Of a stretch of 64,000 nucleotides of DNA, positions 1-12,060 are shown piece by piece. Made by a program: the position numbers and the translations under genes. The stretch is taken from assembly GCA_028534125.1 (NCBI GenBank), contig CM052816.1, forward strand, positions 18,354,001 through 18,418,000, read 5' to 3'. Each line of letters opens with the position of its first letter. Positions within the stretch are counted from its first letter, which is position 1. The DNA is from Lama glama. Its lineage: Eukaryota. The notes beneath the pieces are model-generated. The model was not told the origin of the DNA and did not search any database. It was given only the letters and a program-made list of their open reading frames with translations.

Positions 1-2569
1 GCTAAAGCTGCAAGTTCATCTTGCTTAAAGTGTCGATGATTGTTCTGTTTGTAAATGGGTTGTTAACCATGTGTATTATGAAAAACAGATAATGAATTAT
101 GTATCAATGTTTGTGTTGCCATTTTAAGACCCATAAAAAACTTAAAATACCACAGATTAAAAATGCAAATAATGATAAATTAGACCACTTTGCCACCTGC
201 TATCATCTCTAGTAAGATCCCATTGTGGAAGGTAAAGACGTTGAGATGACAGTTTGCAATCTGCTTGCAAACTTATCAAAATGGAAGAGGGAAGAGGAGG
301 AGAGCAGGGTGGGAAGGGACTCTGTATTTGGTAGGGAGAACCCAGAGCACATGTGAGCCCTGGAGTCTGGAGCCAGGAAGACTGAGAAAAGGCCCACTCT
401 GGGCCTGGGGCAGTACCAAAAGCTGAATAAGCCTGTTGCCCCCAGCCTTTAGTGGAATCTGTTTTTGCACCTGCTTCTCAAATCCTCTGAACATTTTTAG
501 TATTTTTAAATTTTATAGGCCAACGTCCTGGGAAAACACATTTCCTTGAAGTCTGAAAGCTTAGCTAGTAAGTAGCACAAACAACTGCCTGTTTAATATA
601 CAGGAAATGACTTGAAAACTGTTCCCTTTTCCAATGGGAAAATATTTTTAAACCATGAAGGCTACAGGTCTTAAAAACAAGTTGTTGTTGCTTTTTAAGA
701 GAATCAGGCAGAAAAATCCTCAAAGCACTCACTTATATACCATCCGAAACACCCCCAAAGATCTGACTGTGTCACCCAAGCCCTATACTTGAGCATCTGA
801 GGATGCAGAATGTAAGCAGAGAAGAGACAGTTCACAAATGTCAGGTGATGAGCTATGACAGAACGCCCCCCCACTGAGCATGTGCAGGTAAAGGGCAGTC
901 AGAGTACATGTGCCAGTCTCCAGATCTGAGAGCAAGATCCAGGCATTGGCTTATCTCAGGAGAAGGACAGAAGTGATTCTCCCCATGTTAACTTTGTCTT
1001 TTTCTATTTTACTACCTAAGTGTCTGGAGGAGCACTTTCACCCGAGCTTTCACTGATGAGTCATCACAGGAAAATGAGCTAATTAATGTGACCTTTAATG
1101 ACAGTTTTTCATTGGGTCAGAACTAATGCCTAAAGTTAAATGATTTTTCTCTTCTTCTCTTTATGCCAAGAGTATTAGCCTCTAAAATACAGGGAGACAG
1201 TGTAAGCTGGGTGACAGGTATTCCAGTGGGATAAAGGAGGCCACTGCACTAGATGAGGACATGGACAGGGGACAGGCTTTGGGTGAGCACCCAGTGCAGC
1301 CATGCTTCATTTTCTCAAGGCTATGAAATAGCGAGCACAGAGCTTGGCTCTGGAATCAGACTGACCTGGGTTCCAGTTCACAGCCATCTCCTAGCAACCA
1401 CACAATCTGGGGCATCTACTGGAAGTTAGTTTTCTTACATGAAAAATGGAGGGTGGGGTGAGGGGAACAGGTGTTAGAAGTGTAACATGTCCAAAATGAA
1501 GGCTGGTTTTCCCCACCAAACACTTGCCTTTACCACAATCTCTGATTCACCCCATTGTTAAGAGCTTTCACTGCCTCATTCCATTTAACCTCCACAATGT
1601 CCTGCACATGTTAGGTGTTCAGTAAATAAATAAATAAGTGAATTAATGAATTATGACATCCAAGGATGTTAGTAAGGGTTAAATGAGATGAAGAATGTAA
1701 AACTCCTTGCAGAGGACCTGACCCATAAGAAGTATACAATTTACCCCAGAGATCTCACTGGGGATCCCTTTTTGGTCCCTAAAGCCCATAGGATTTTCAG
1801 CACCACAAGTTTTCCTCCCAATAAACACAACTTAAGTTTCAACACCTCCTCTATTCAGAGGGTCTTCCTGATGTGTGCTAAGCTTTCCTCCCCAACCCCA
1901 AAGATCCTTCCAGAACCAGAAAAAGTATAGGCTGTACATGTGAGCTCCATGATTAAAAACAGGTCAAGGGAGTATTTTCCAACTGGGAAAACGCAGACCA
2001 CTGAAACTAGAGAAGCCTAGCGTGCTGCTAAAATACTGCTGTGAAAAGCAGCTACCCGGGTAGGAGAGACAGAGGCTGCGATGGGGGGAGAGGGAGGAAA
2101 TGGGCAGGCAGAGCTCCTGCCAAGTACAGACAGATTATTTTTTGAAAAATATCTCTATGAAAAGGATTCATCACTACACACAAAAAAACTGGAAAAAAAT
2201 CATTTCGTATACAAGTGCAACCATCGGTCTGAAACATCAGAGATATGGAGAAAATGGAGGCAGTTCTTAGAGGGGATCAGTCAATGAGTAGTAGCACAAG
2301 TTACATTAAAAGTAAATGATGGAAATGTAGGGTTTTTCTCTGAAAAAAGTTACAATTCTATATATAAATCAATCACAATAGGGTAAAACTAATCAAGTAT
2401 GCTGCACACACCATCAACAGGGAAGCATGTGTTTTACTAGGAGCAAATTCACATGCAGATTAAATGTGGAAGATATATGTCAAGAGTGTGGATGGAAATA
2501 TGGTCTATAGACGCCCAAAATATCAGAAGTGGAAGGACTCTAGTTAAGCTATCTGAAAATTCAGCATTC

Positions 2570-3260
2570 ATACCACAAATACTTAATTAAGCCTCTAGTA
2601 TGGGCCAGGTTCTGGGTTGGCTGCTGGGATGAAATGATGAAAATGATAAAGTTCTTGCCCTCAGGACCTTATAGTCTAGTGGAGGAGATGGGCATTCTTC
2701 ATATAATCACAAAAACAGCTTTACAAATCATGTTGTATGCTAAGCAGTAAATGAACAATTTAAAAGAGTTGACTTAGTGGGATAGATGACTGTGTGTGTA
2801 TGTGCATGTGTTTAAAGATTTCTCAGAGTCGACAATATTTAAATGAAAATGGATGGTATGGGAGAGATAAACAGACAGCAGGGAATGGGAAAGATGGTTC
2901 CAGGCACAGAAACTGCACATGAATTAGCCCACTGCAGAGAGGGAACAGAGAGGTCCATGTAGAGAACTGTGAGTAGCTCCCTATTATAGGGAGTAAATAG
3001 GAGAGGTGGCAGGCAATAGAGATGCTGAAAAAGAACACCTCAGCCTCGATCTTACCACTTGGAAGCCATGGTAAGAAGTCAGACTTCATTGTAGGGTGAA
3101 TGGGAAGCTACTGGAAGGTTTCAGCAGGTGAGTGAGTGACTCGTATCCGCAGTTTGGAAAGATCCAGTTTGCCTGCTGTACAAAATGGACTGGAGGGGAC
3201 AAGACTGGAAGGAGCTGGACAAGTGCTGTTGGAAGGGCCTCCCAGGAAAGAGGAGAGTGG
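2570..3260 (-). mobile_element. L2 LINE 3' fragments (ancient)
   Basis: Reverse L2 3'-end motifs (ttcttgccctcaggaccttatagtctagtgga; gggaagctactggaaggtttcagcagg...gtttggaaagatc). Confidence 0.6.
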
Positions 3261-3939
3261 CAGCAGGACCAGCACATCTCAACCAGCAAGTGACTCGCTG
3301 CAGCTGGAGTGAGAGCACAATCAGAGAAGGTGACGGCTCCTGGCTGTTTCCAGGACAGCTTTCTTGTCTGTGAGCTCCCAGGAACTTCTTCCTTCCCTGG
3401 ACCACTCAGTGCTCCAGCAGTGGAGAGACACAGGGAGGGAAGGAAAACAGAGCCAGCTTTCTTGCTGCTTCTCTAAGGTAGAAGCCCAGTTGAGTAGCAG
3501 AAGGACAGGAGACTAAGGAGGATTCTGATATTCCACCCTGAACTTTGGAGGAAAAAAGGGTGTGCCCTAGGCTTGGCCAAACTATTTACTGCATAGCACT
3601 GTCACCACAGAAGTACTGGAAAGTGGGTTCAGAAGTGGTAACTCCCGAATAGAAAGGTTTCCACTGGATTTTAATCTTTCCACTGCATTTTCCAGATTCT
3701 GAGGACATCTTTCTCCCTCTGTCTCCTGAATGAACCAAGTGAAGTTTCCATTAAAGTAGAGTAAAACGCCTAAAATCTCATCTCTGATTTTGCTAACTGG
3801 GGCTGGTTTTAACATAAATAAAGGCATAAAAGAGACCTCTCCCTCTTCTTCTTCCAAGACTCTGGATGTTGAGAATGCCAGGCCGGGAAGACCATGGAGG
3901 CAGGTGAGGCTTTTCTGGGCACCCAGAACCTCTAGGTGG

Positions 3940-4364
3940 ACAAGTTAGTTTCCTACAGCTGCTGTAACAAAGTACCACAAATGTGGTGACAAAACAACAG
4001 AAATTTATTCTCTCAGTGCTGGAGGCCAGAAGTCCAAAATCAAGGTATCAGCAAGGCCACGCTTGCTCTGAAGGCTTCAGGATACAATCGATGCTTCCTT
4101 GGCAAGCCTTCGCTTATAGACACATCACTCCAACCTCTGCCTCTGTTGTCACACAGTGATCTACGTGTGTGTTTCTGTGTCTCTTGTCCTCTTCTTATAA
4201 GGCCATTCTTTTAAGGAACCGTCATTTCGGATTGAGGGCCCACTCTATTCCAGTAGGACTTCATTTTACCTAATTACATCTGCAAACGCAATTTCAAAAA
4301 AGGTACCATTCTAAAGTTCCAGGAAGGATGTGAATTTGGCAAGGACACTATTCAACCCAATACA
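3940..4364 (-). mobile_element. MaLR solo LTR, MLT1C-like
   Basis: ttagtttcct...ctgctgtaacaaagtaccacaaa...ctggaggccagaagtccaaaatcaagg...cactattcaacccaataca matches the reverse complement of the MLT1 LTR consensus as recalled. Confidence 0.85.
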
Positions 4365-5109
4365 ATGGGGTAGTACTGGGCTGAGATGAACTGGGGAAGG
4401 CTGAGACCAGGAATCTAGGCAGATCCACAGAGCAGGGCAAGATAAAAAGGCAAAGGTCAGTTATCCTGGGAAGCCAAAGACAGTCCTAAAACTAGGAAGT
4501 CATTCTGGAAGAAAAGGGAGAGACTGTTAGTGCTTTCTAGTGACCAAGACACTAGCCTAGATAGAGCTATTGGAATTCTGTAAAAGTGTGAGTGTGCGTC
4601 TGTGTGTGAGAGAAAGAGAGAAAGAGATGTTTGGGGGAGGCCGGGTGGGTAAAAAGTGGGAGGTAGCTGACAAAGGGGATGGAGGAAATTTAGTACTGGG
4701 GCACTATTCCTCTCAAATATGAGGAAAACATTTTCAAGGGCTGGGTTTGAGTATAATGAAAATGAAACACATTGATCATAAAACTGTTAGAAAATACAGA
4801 AAAGTAGAAGGAACAAAAAGGTCAGCATTAATCCCACCATAAGAGGACTTTATATTTTTGTACGTTTCCTCCGAGTGCTCCCCTACCACCTGGTGCACAA
4901 CCTGAATTAATACTGTAACTTAGCTGATGGAACATTACCATCATATTTTTGTTTCCCTTCATACTTTATCCTCATTCCTATTCTCCTCTATCCCCCAAAA
5001 AAGCACCCACTTCCATGTATTTAATGTAATTACACTGAATATCATGGCATTCTCCCATGTGATGCCAACACTTCATAAGCAACAATTCATAGAAAATGTT
5101 AGTGTCATG

Positions 5110-5591
5110 TGTTGAGAGGAAAACTCCCCCACTACCACCTTAGGCTGTGACGGTTAGGCCCTGTGAATTAACTAACAAAAGACAGGTTAATAGGAGAAAA
5201 GACAGAGATTACCCATACGCATACAGAAGTGCAGAAAAGAAGGGCCTCCCTGAACCACTAAAGCCGGGCTTATACCAACATAGCAAGGAAAGGGAGGGGA
5301 GAAAGGAGCTTCTAATGAAAAAGAGGACATTCAGGAAACACATGGGCTTTTAGGGAGACAAATGCAAGGCGTAAGAGCTTGTGATGTTTGTTCTCGCCCA
5401 GGTGCTAGTGGTCAGTCTCTTTTCTAGCTGTAAACCACTCTCCCAACCTCCGCCATAGAGGGGATTTATGACAAGTGTACTTTTGGCAGGCTCTGCTTAC
5501 GTTAGCGAAAGAAGTTCAGCTGCTCTTTGTTCAGATGTTTTTAACCTAAAACAATCTTCATGCCTTTCTGATGATTTTGAGAGTCCCTACG
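5110..5591 (-). mobile_element. ERV1-type solo LTR (MER34-related), copy 1
   Basis: Shares motifs with the two LTRs downstream (aaaagacaggttaataggagaaaa; ggcttatacca; gggatttatg; aacaatcttcatgcc). Confidence 0.6.
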
Positions 5592-5733
5592 CATAATCAT
5601 TACAACTCAATCTCTGAGCCCCACCACAGAACAACTCCTGTCGAACAGTATAGCATGAGGGTGGGCCCCAGGGACTAAGGAAGGACCCTCTGAAGAAGGG
5701 TGTCCTAGCCCTGTCCAGGGAGAGAGATAGGCC

Positions 5734-6419
5734 TGTATAGGGGAGGAATTTTCCTCTACCTTCCTGAGTTCATAGCTGCAACCCCTGTAATAAAAAGACA
5801 GATTATCAAGAGAAAATTGAACAGAAGTATAGAGTCATGTACACAAGAGAAATACTCAGGGAAAAATAAGGAAGTCTCTGAGGTGGCTTAGAATTCAGAT
5901 TAAATACCATTTTAATAGGGAAAGCAGGGGTTGAGGGGCATAGGCCTTTTAGGGGAGAGTATATGATTTTTAGGAAATATGAATGGGCACTTAAAAGAAC
6001 AAATGGTGTTCATGTGTAATTGAAAAATTGTGCTCTACACTGGAATTTGACACAACATTGTAAAATGACTATAACTCAATAAAAAATGTTTGAAAAAAAA
6101 AGAAGAAGAAGAACAAATGGAAAGTATGATAGTTTGGGACAAAGCTTGTCTGGGTATGGTATCTCCTCTCCTGTGATAAGAGCCCATCTTCTCTGGTGGA
6201 AGAAGCTCCCAGAGAGAGGATTTATGGCAATCAAGATCCTTTTGGAGGATCTGTCTCTGGGCAGATAAGGAGATTCAAAGAAAGCCTCTTTCTGTATGTG
6301 TTGTTTCTCAAGTGTCTACAACTCAACATGATCAATATACCAAAGTAGCATATTTTGGGGTAGCATGTCCTGAACTCCTACAGTCATATTCTGGGCTGAC
6401 ATATTATCCTGTCCTTCCA
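5734..6419 (-). mobile_element. ERV1-type solo LTR (MER34-related), copy 2, interrupted by a short L1
   Basis: aaaagacagattatcaagagaaaa ... ccaaagtagcatattttggggtagca; TG...CA ends; same motif order as copy 3. Confidence 0.7.
6007..6108 (+). mobile_element. 5'-truncated young L1 3' end (~100 bp) with A-rich tail and 12-bp TSD
   Basis: TSD aagaacaaatgg at 5995-6006 and 6109-6120; TT|AAAA endonuclease site at 5991-5996; aataaa then A-rich tail; body (gaaaaattgtgctctacactggaatttgacacaacattgtaaaatgactataactcaat) resembles camelid L1 3'UTR as recalled. Confidence 0.85.
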
Positions 6420-7399
6420 GGGGTAGATACTAGATGATGTGTGGACTTAGATTTGTTTTCCACAGCATCAGTTTCAGCCTTTCTCTCCAAAACAGAAGTC
6501 ACTGTTCCCAGGGGCTGGTGACAATGCATCTAGAAGGAAGAAGGGCATTCTCATATTTTGAGAGGCTCCTTCTCTTACATGCCCACCAGCTGGCAGCCCT
6601 GAGTAGAACTAGAAGACAGATCCCTGGCATCCTTGATATTCTAATCCCCTTGCAGGACTGGCTTGGTGAACAGAGGGAGGCCTGTGAGTTCACACCTACC
6701 CATTAACCCTGGGCCAGCCCAGACAGTGGGCAGACCAGGCAGAACCAAGGCAGCCTCAAGGCCGGCTGCCCCAGTGGACTTTTCACCATTTTTTTTGTTG
6801 GGGTTATATATGAAAGACACTTAGAAGACCCCTGGAAATTGTACATAAGGGTTCAAGAACTAAAGTAGAAGAGTAGGAGGTGGGGGAGCCAAGAAAATGT
6901 GAATAAATAACCCAAAGGGCTATTAGGAAAGAAAGGTGAGGGCTGTTTTCTGTACTTCCAAGGATCAGCAAGAGGTAGCTGGAATTAAAATCAATGATAA
7001 GACGGGCTAAAATCAGAATTTGTTTTCAAAATGGCTTCAGCAACATGACCCAGATCGGCTTAATTTACTTCCATTGAATTAAACCACAGTGAGGACCAGA
7101 ACTAAAGCATGATAGTAGTCTGTGGTCCTGCCTTGCTGCTGGATCTGGAACTGGCTGAAGGGTTCCCTGTGAGATTGAGGAACTCAGCCTGAGCAGTCAA
7201 GGGTTTGGTTTCTCCTTGAGATTCCCTTTACAGTGAGTGCATACAGGAGTAAGGAACAAATGAGGAAATTACCCATCTTCTCAAATTTTTATCAAAGGAA
7301 TATATGATGAAAAAAATAATTCAGATAAACTGAACAACACACAGTAAGAAATAAGCTCCCCCTTTCTTAATACTTTCCCTTGCCCTAATCTCAGTTCTC

Positions 7400-8440
7400 A
7401 GACTCAGCCTTATTAATCATTTATTTTATACCTGGGCATAAACCTTTTATTCGTACATAGGCATATATTCACATGCCCGTGTAAATACACATATGTATTT
7501 ATTTATTTTTTGTCTTAAGTGTATTAAAACATACTCCACATTCAGTTCCCAACTTTTTTTTTTTCACTCTATAATAAAATCTGCAGAGATGTCTTTCCAT
7601 GTCAGCACCCAGAAGTCCTCTCCTCTCTCCCCAACAGGAACAGAGTGTTCCATAAATGCACTGCAATTTATGTAACATTTCCTTATTGATGGATCTTGAG
7701 GTTAGCTGCCGCTTTTGTTTTAATGAACAGTTCTGCACTGAACATCCTTGTACATATAACTTTGTGCACTTCTGTGAGCATATCTGTAGGCTGACTGCTC
7801 AAAATGGTCAAAGAGCACAGATATTTAAAATTGTGTTACAAATTGACAACTGCCCTCCCAAACAGCAATCCAAAATTCTAAGTATCACTAGCAGGGTATG
7901 AAAGCTTCTTTTACACACTTCGTTGCCCACAGTGAGTGCTACCAAACTTGTTAATTGCTGGTGGTTTCATAGGTAAGAAATGGGCACTTTGTGCTACTTT
8001 AATTTGAATTTTTTATAAGATTACACAACTTTTTGTTAATGGTTCATTTGTATTCCTTTTTCTGTGAATCATTTGTTCCTATCCTTTGTCCACTTTTTCT
8101 TGGTTCATTCCTCTTTTAATTTTTGGTTTGTAAGAATTATTTTTATGAAAAAGAAATCAGACCTTTATCTACACAGTATGTGGCAAATATTTTTCAGCTT
8201 GTTGTCTTTTTTTATCTCTTACAATATTCTTTTCTGAACAGAAATGTTGTGTAAATTTTATATTGTTTTATCTGTTGATCTTTTGGTGGTGGTCTCTAGG
8301 TTTCATGTCATACTTGGAAAGGTATTCCTATTCAAAGATTATTTTTAAAATGCATTTGTCTTTTCCTCTAGTATAGCTACAGTTTCATTTTTGTGTATTC
8401 AACTCTTTAATCCATCTGGAATTTATTTTGGTATGAGGAA
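7400..8440 (-). mobile_element. Old L1M (L1ME/L1MB-like) ORF2-3'UTR fragment
   Basis: T-rich; reverse L1 motifs such as atttgtattcctttttctgtgaat...atcctttgtccactttt and tctttaatccatctggaatttattttggtatg. Confidence 0.75.
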
Positions 8441-8797
8441 GAAACTCTCTTAACCTTCTTAACAGTAACACTCCTCTGCCCCTTCCAATAGGTTACCAAG
8501 ATTTGATTCCATTTGTATAGTTGAAAACTTCTAGCTGGAAAATATCAACCAAGGGAACTTACTGTAATTTAGGAGAATGAAGGTGGCTGTCAGTGGACGT
8601 GACTACCCCAGCTGCCCATCAAATCCCAGATACATACATTTAAACCATAAGTTTTCAAAAGAAATAGCCCAAAGCCATGTTCAGTTAATTTTTTTTTATT
8701 TTAAAGGCTTTTTTTACAGGCTTTGGATTATTTTAGTGTTTGGCTTTTAGGCTGAATAATGCTAAAAAGTCATGGTTCTTTTCTTCCTCCACTAGGC

Positions 8798-9381
8798 TGC
8801 AGGAGAGGAAAAAAAATCTTTTTCCCTCTACGCTCCTAAGTTCCCTGGCTAGATAAAGCCCTGTAAACTAGACTGAGCAAAAGACAGGTAAACAAGAAAA
8901 AAACAAATAGGAGTTTATTAAAATGCACATTGTGCAAACAGAGGAAAGAACTCAGAGATGAGTAATTCAAAGGGGTGGTTAGGACTTGGGCTTATAAAAC
9001 ATCTTAACAAAAGAATAAATTTTTAGAGTCATGACAAGACAAAAGAAAAGAACTCAGCTTCTAGCGGCATCAACTATGGGAAGGTAAATATAGGAGGAAA
9101 CTATGGTAGATGAGAAGCAGTTTTAACAAGGTTGTTCTGTAGATTCCTCTAGTGCTGTCTCTAGGCTGATAAGGATCCAGAGTTGTCTCTGGTGACGAAC
9201 TGGTTTTCCTTGGTAGAGAGGGAAGGGGTGACACCCTTTACAAATTTATGTTCTGCTTTTAGCCAAATAGCAGGAGGACAGAGAGTTTTTTTGTATCTGC
9301 TTCTTCTCAATTGCCTTTTTATCTCAAAAGAATCCTTATGCCAAAGTGGCATATTTTAGGGTAGCAGATTCTAAGCTTGCA
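8798..9381 (-). mobile_element. ERV1 solo LTR, MER34A1-like, copy 3
   Basis: Minus strand reads ATATGCCACTTTGGCATAAGGATT..TTTGAG..AAGGCAATTGAGAAGAAGCAGA...AAAAGCAGAACATAAATTTGTAAAGGTG, as in the recalled MER34A/A1 5' end; TG...CA termini. Confidence 0.8.
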
Positions 9382-10093
9382 AATACTACTGCAGCTCCTG
9401 GATTCCAGGTGGAGTTGCACTTAATACCAATCAAAAAAACTAACAGAAATGCATTTGATTGCAAAAGGAAAAAAATTTCTATCATTGAGAACTCTCACTT
9501 GGCATTGATGAACTAAGTGTCCCTCTCTTTCTTTCTCATTTATAAACTATGTGATCAGTACCTACCAGAAGTGTTATACACTCAAACACAGTGTAGGGAT
9601 AAGAAGTTCTGCAATAAACACTGAATATCCTGGCATGGGCTTCCTTTCAAAACATGTACTGCCCTAGCGATAGGAGGCTACGTACTTTTCCATCAGCTCT
9701 CAATAAGATAGATCAGGTTGTACAGTACCATCTGCACTGGAGGAGCTGAAGTACAGATTCTGGTCACCATAGAGGCAGAATGGTGTAAGATCCAAGAAAA
9801 CTAAGGAAACTAAAGCTGTATACCTAGTCCTAAAATTACAGTGATGTAGGAATAACTGAGGCTAAAATTTTCTAAATACTATCAATTCTCAAACGGAAGA
9901 GGGCTCCCCAGATGCTTGGTAGCATAATTATCTTTCATATCATTATGATCTCTCTATCTCCCATATCTACAGTGTGAAATTAATAATAATGACCTGTGTT
10001 TCTGGGCTCCAGAGCAGGTTTGCTAATTACTGATAGATAAGTGCTTTGAAAATTAAGAGGGGCCATACTGAGATGCTAAGTTCCTCTCTCTGT

Positions 10094-10128
10094 CACACAC
10101 ACACACACGCACACATGCACCTGCACAC
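10094..10128. repeat. Imperfect (CA)n microsatellite
   Basis: cacacacacacacacgcacacatgcacctgcacac. Confidence 0.7.
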
Positions 10129-10929
10129 ATCCTGGAAATACAACACACTTTCTGTTTATCAACAATACAATTGCTTGGACATGGGGGCTCAGAACTCATG
10201 TTTGCATTTTCGGGAAGAGTACCATGCTTTTTGCATGATGAAGACCAGGGCTTTTTCTGTTGAGTTAATAGCTCTCTCCGGCTTCTCCTACATATTCTTT
10301 GAGAACAGAGCCCAAGAAACTTTCTGATGAAAATTTATCTTCCCTGGTGATTACTAATTTTGCTTAAAGTTTATACTCCAAAGAATTTGACCAGTATCCT
10401 CCCACAGCACATCAGACACTTGATGTTTAATGTGCTTAAACTTGATGTTTTAACATAAACATGAAGATGAACCCCAGGAAATGTGGCAAAAATGTTTTCA
10501 TTTGACTGAAAAAACTGGGAGCAAGAGTTTATTTCCCCAAATGGTTTTCCCCCAAAGATTATAAGTGTAGAAACCAGATTTTATACAAAGAGTTGGATTT
10601 TTTCTTTATCCAAGGCACATATGTGAGGAGGGTGGTCATGGTGGTAAGATTTTGTAGATTACTTGAGGGAACCAAGTAGTTTGGTCACATTCTGCAGAAG
10701 ACATGGCATATGTCACAGAGGTGATATGGCATCATAAAGGAAGATCCTCTTGGGCCTAGGATGAGGGGCACCGAGTGAGGAGACCCAGGCTCTAGCATGA
10801 ACTGATATGTGAAGTTGGCTCAGTCATTCTACTGCTCTGCAGTCATCCTCCTCATTCAAAAAGCCAGGTACTTTGACTAGTAATCCCTTGTTGAGTCCTC
10901 ACTTCTCTAGCCCTTTCTGCTTCTCATTT

Positions 10930-11130
10930 CTGCAGAGCATTTTCATAAACAACATCTAAGTTTAGATTTAAGAAGAGATTATTATTTCCATTGTATAAGG
11001 AAAATATAGGAGGAAACTATGGTAGATGAGAAGCAGTTTTAACAAGGTTGTTCTGTAGATTCCTCTAGTGCTGTCTCTAATGGACTGTATAGACGAGGAA
11101 ATGGACTGAGAGTGGTTGAATGATTTTCAG
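10930..11130 (-). mobile_element. MIR SINE interrupted by a 94-bp insertion (10998-11091)
   Basis: Removing 10998-11091 restores attatttccattgtata|gacgaggaaatggactgagagtggttgaatga, the reverse MIR core (attatccccattttacagatgaggaaactgaggc.cagagaggttaagtga). Confidence 0.7.
11002..11079 (+). repeat. Exact 78-bp direct copy of 9086-9163
   Basis: aaatataggaggaaactatggtagatgagaagcagttttaacaaggttgttctgtagattcctctagtgctgtctcta is present identically at both positions (offset 1916). Confidence 0.97.
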
Positions 11131-11149
11131 CAAAGGGTGGTCTTCTTTC

Positions 11150-12060
11150 TGCGTACCAGATACTGCACTAGGTACTAGGTCTACAAGCATGGATGAGACC
11201 TGAACTCTGCCCTCAAAGCAACAGAAAAGAGTGGAGAGCTGAGGGATAATTACAATGTAGGAGAGTAGGAGCAAAATGCTATGATAACACAAAGAGAGCA
11301 ACGAACTGCCTGGTGATGTGGGGGAAGGATTTCTGGAAGAGATGATATTTTGAGATGGTTCTTGAAGGATAAGTTTGGCAAATAGAGAAGAGAACTAAAG
11401 GCATAAAGGCAGACGAATAAGCATGTGCAGAGGCATGAAAAGCCCAGTGTGCTTGGTGGACAGGTGTAGCTGGAGGGGAGGTGAACTTACGGGAAGAGGG
11501 CTAATCTTCGTGAGGTATATTAAAATATGATAATAAAGATGCATGGATTTTTTTTTCCTGTAGATTTTTAACCAAGGGGATAACCAATGGTTTGGCTTCC
11601 AGGTAGAGGGAACTGTTGCTGTTAAACAGATCACTCAGGAGGGTAATTCAAAAATCTTGATACTAAATTATAAGGACTTGAAATAAGATCAAGACTGTGA
11701 GTGTGGGCAGTAGGGGTCAGACAGTAGAGATCTTTGGATCAGAATCCATAGTTCTTGGTAACTAATTAGTAAAGACAATGACAAACCCAGGATTTCTAGC
11801 TCAGGAAGCTGAGTAGATGGAGACTCTATTTACTGAAGCAGAAAGCAGATCAGGTTTGATTGTCACATGGAAGACCCATATGCTCAGTTTGGGGCATGCA
11901 GAGTTTAAAGTGTCTGCGGGACTTACCAATGTAGGTGACCACGTGGCAGTTGAATCTTTAAATCAGCTCCTTAGAGTACAGGTTGGCACAGGAGGTAAAA
12001 ACCCAGGAATCGTCAGCTCACAGGTAACAGTGGAAGCTGTAGAGACAAATGAAAGCATTT
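11150..12060 (-). mobile_element. L2 LINE, 3' portion, degraded
   Basis: Reverse L2 motifs: ctctgccctcaaag; ttgaaggataagttt; gctcagtttggggcatgcagagtttaaagtgtctgcgggac. Confidence 0.7.

Noticed and set aside
5110..9381. Possible provirus bounded by paired LTRs
   Set aside because: The LTRs are too diverged from each other, and the intervening DNA is unique or L1 with no gag/pol/env traces.
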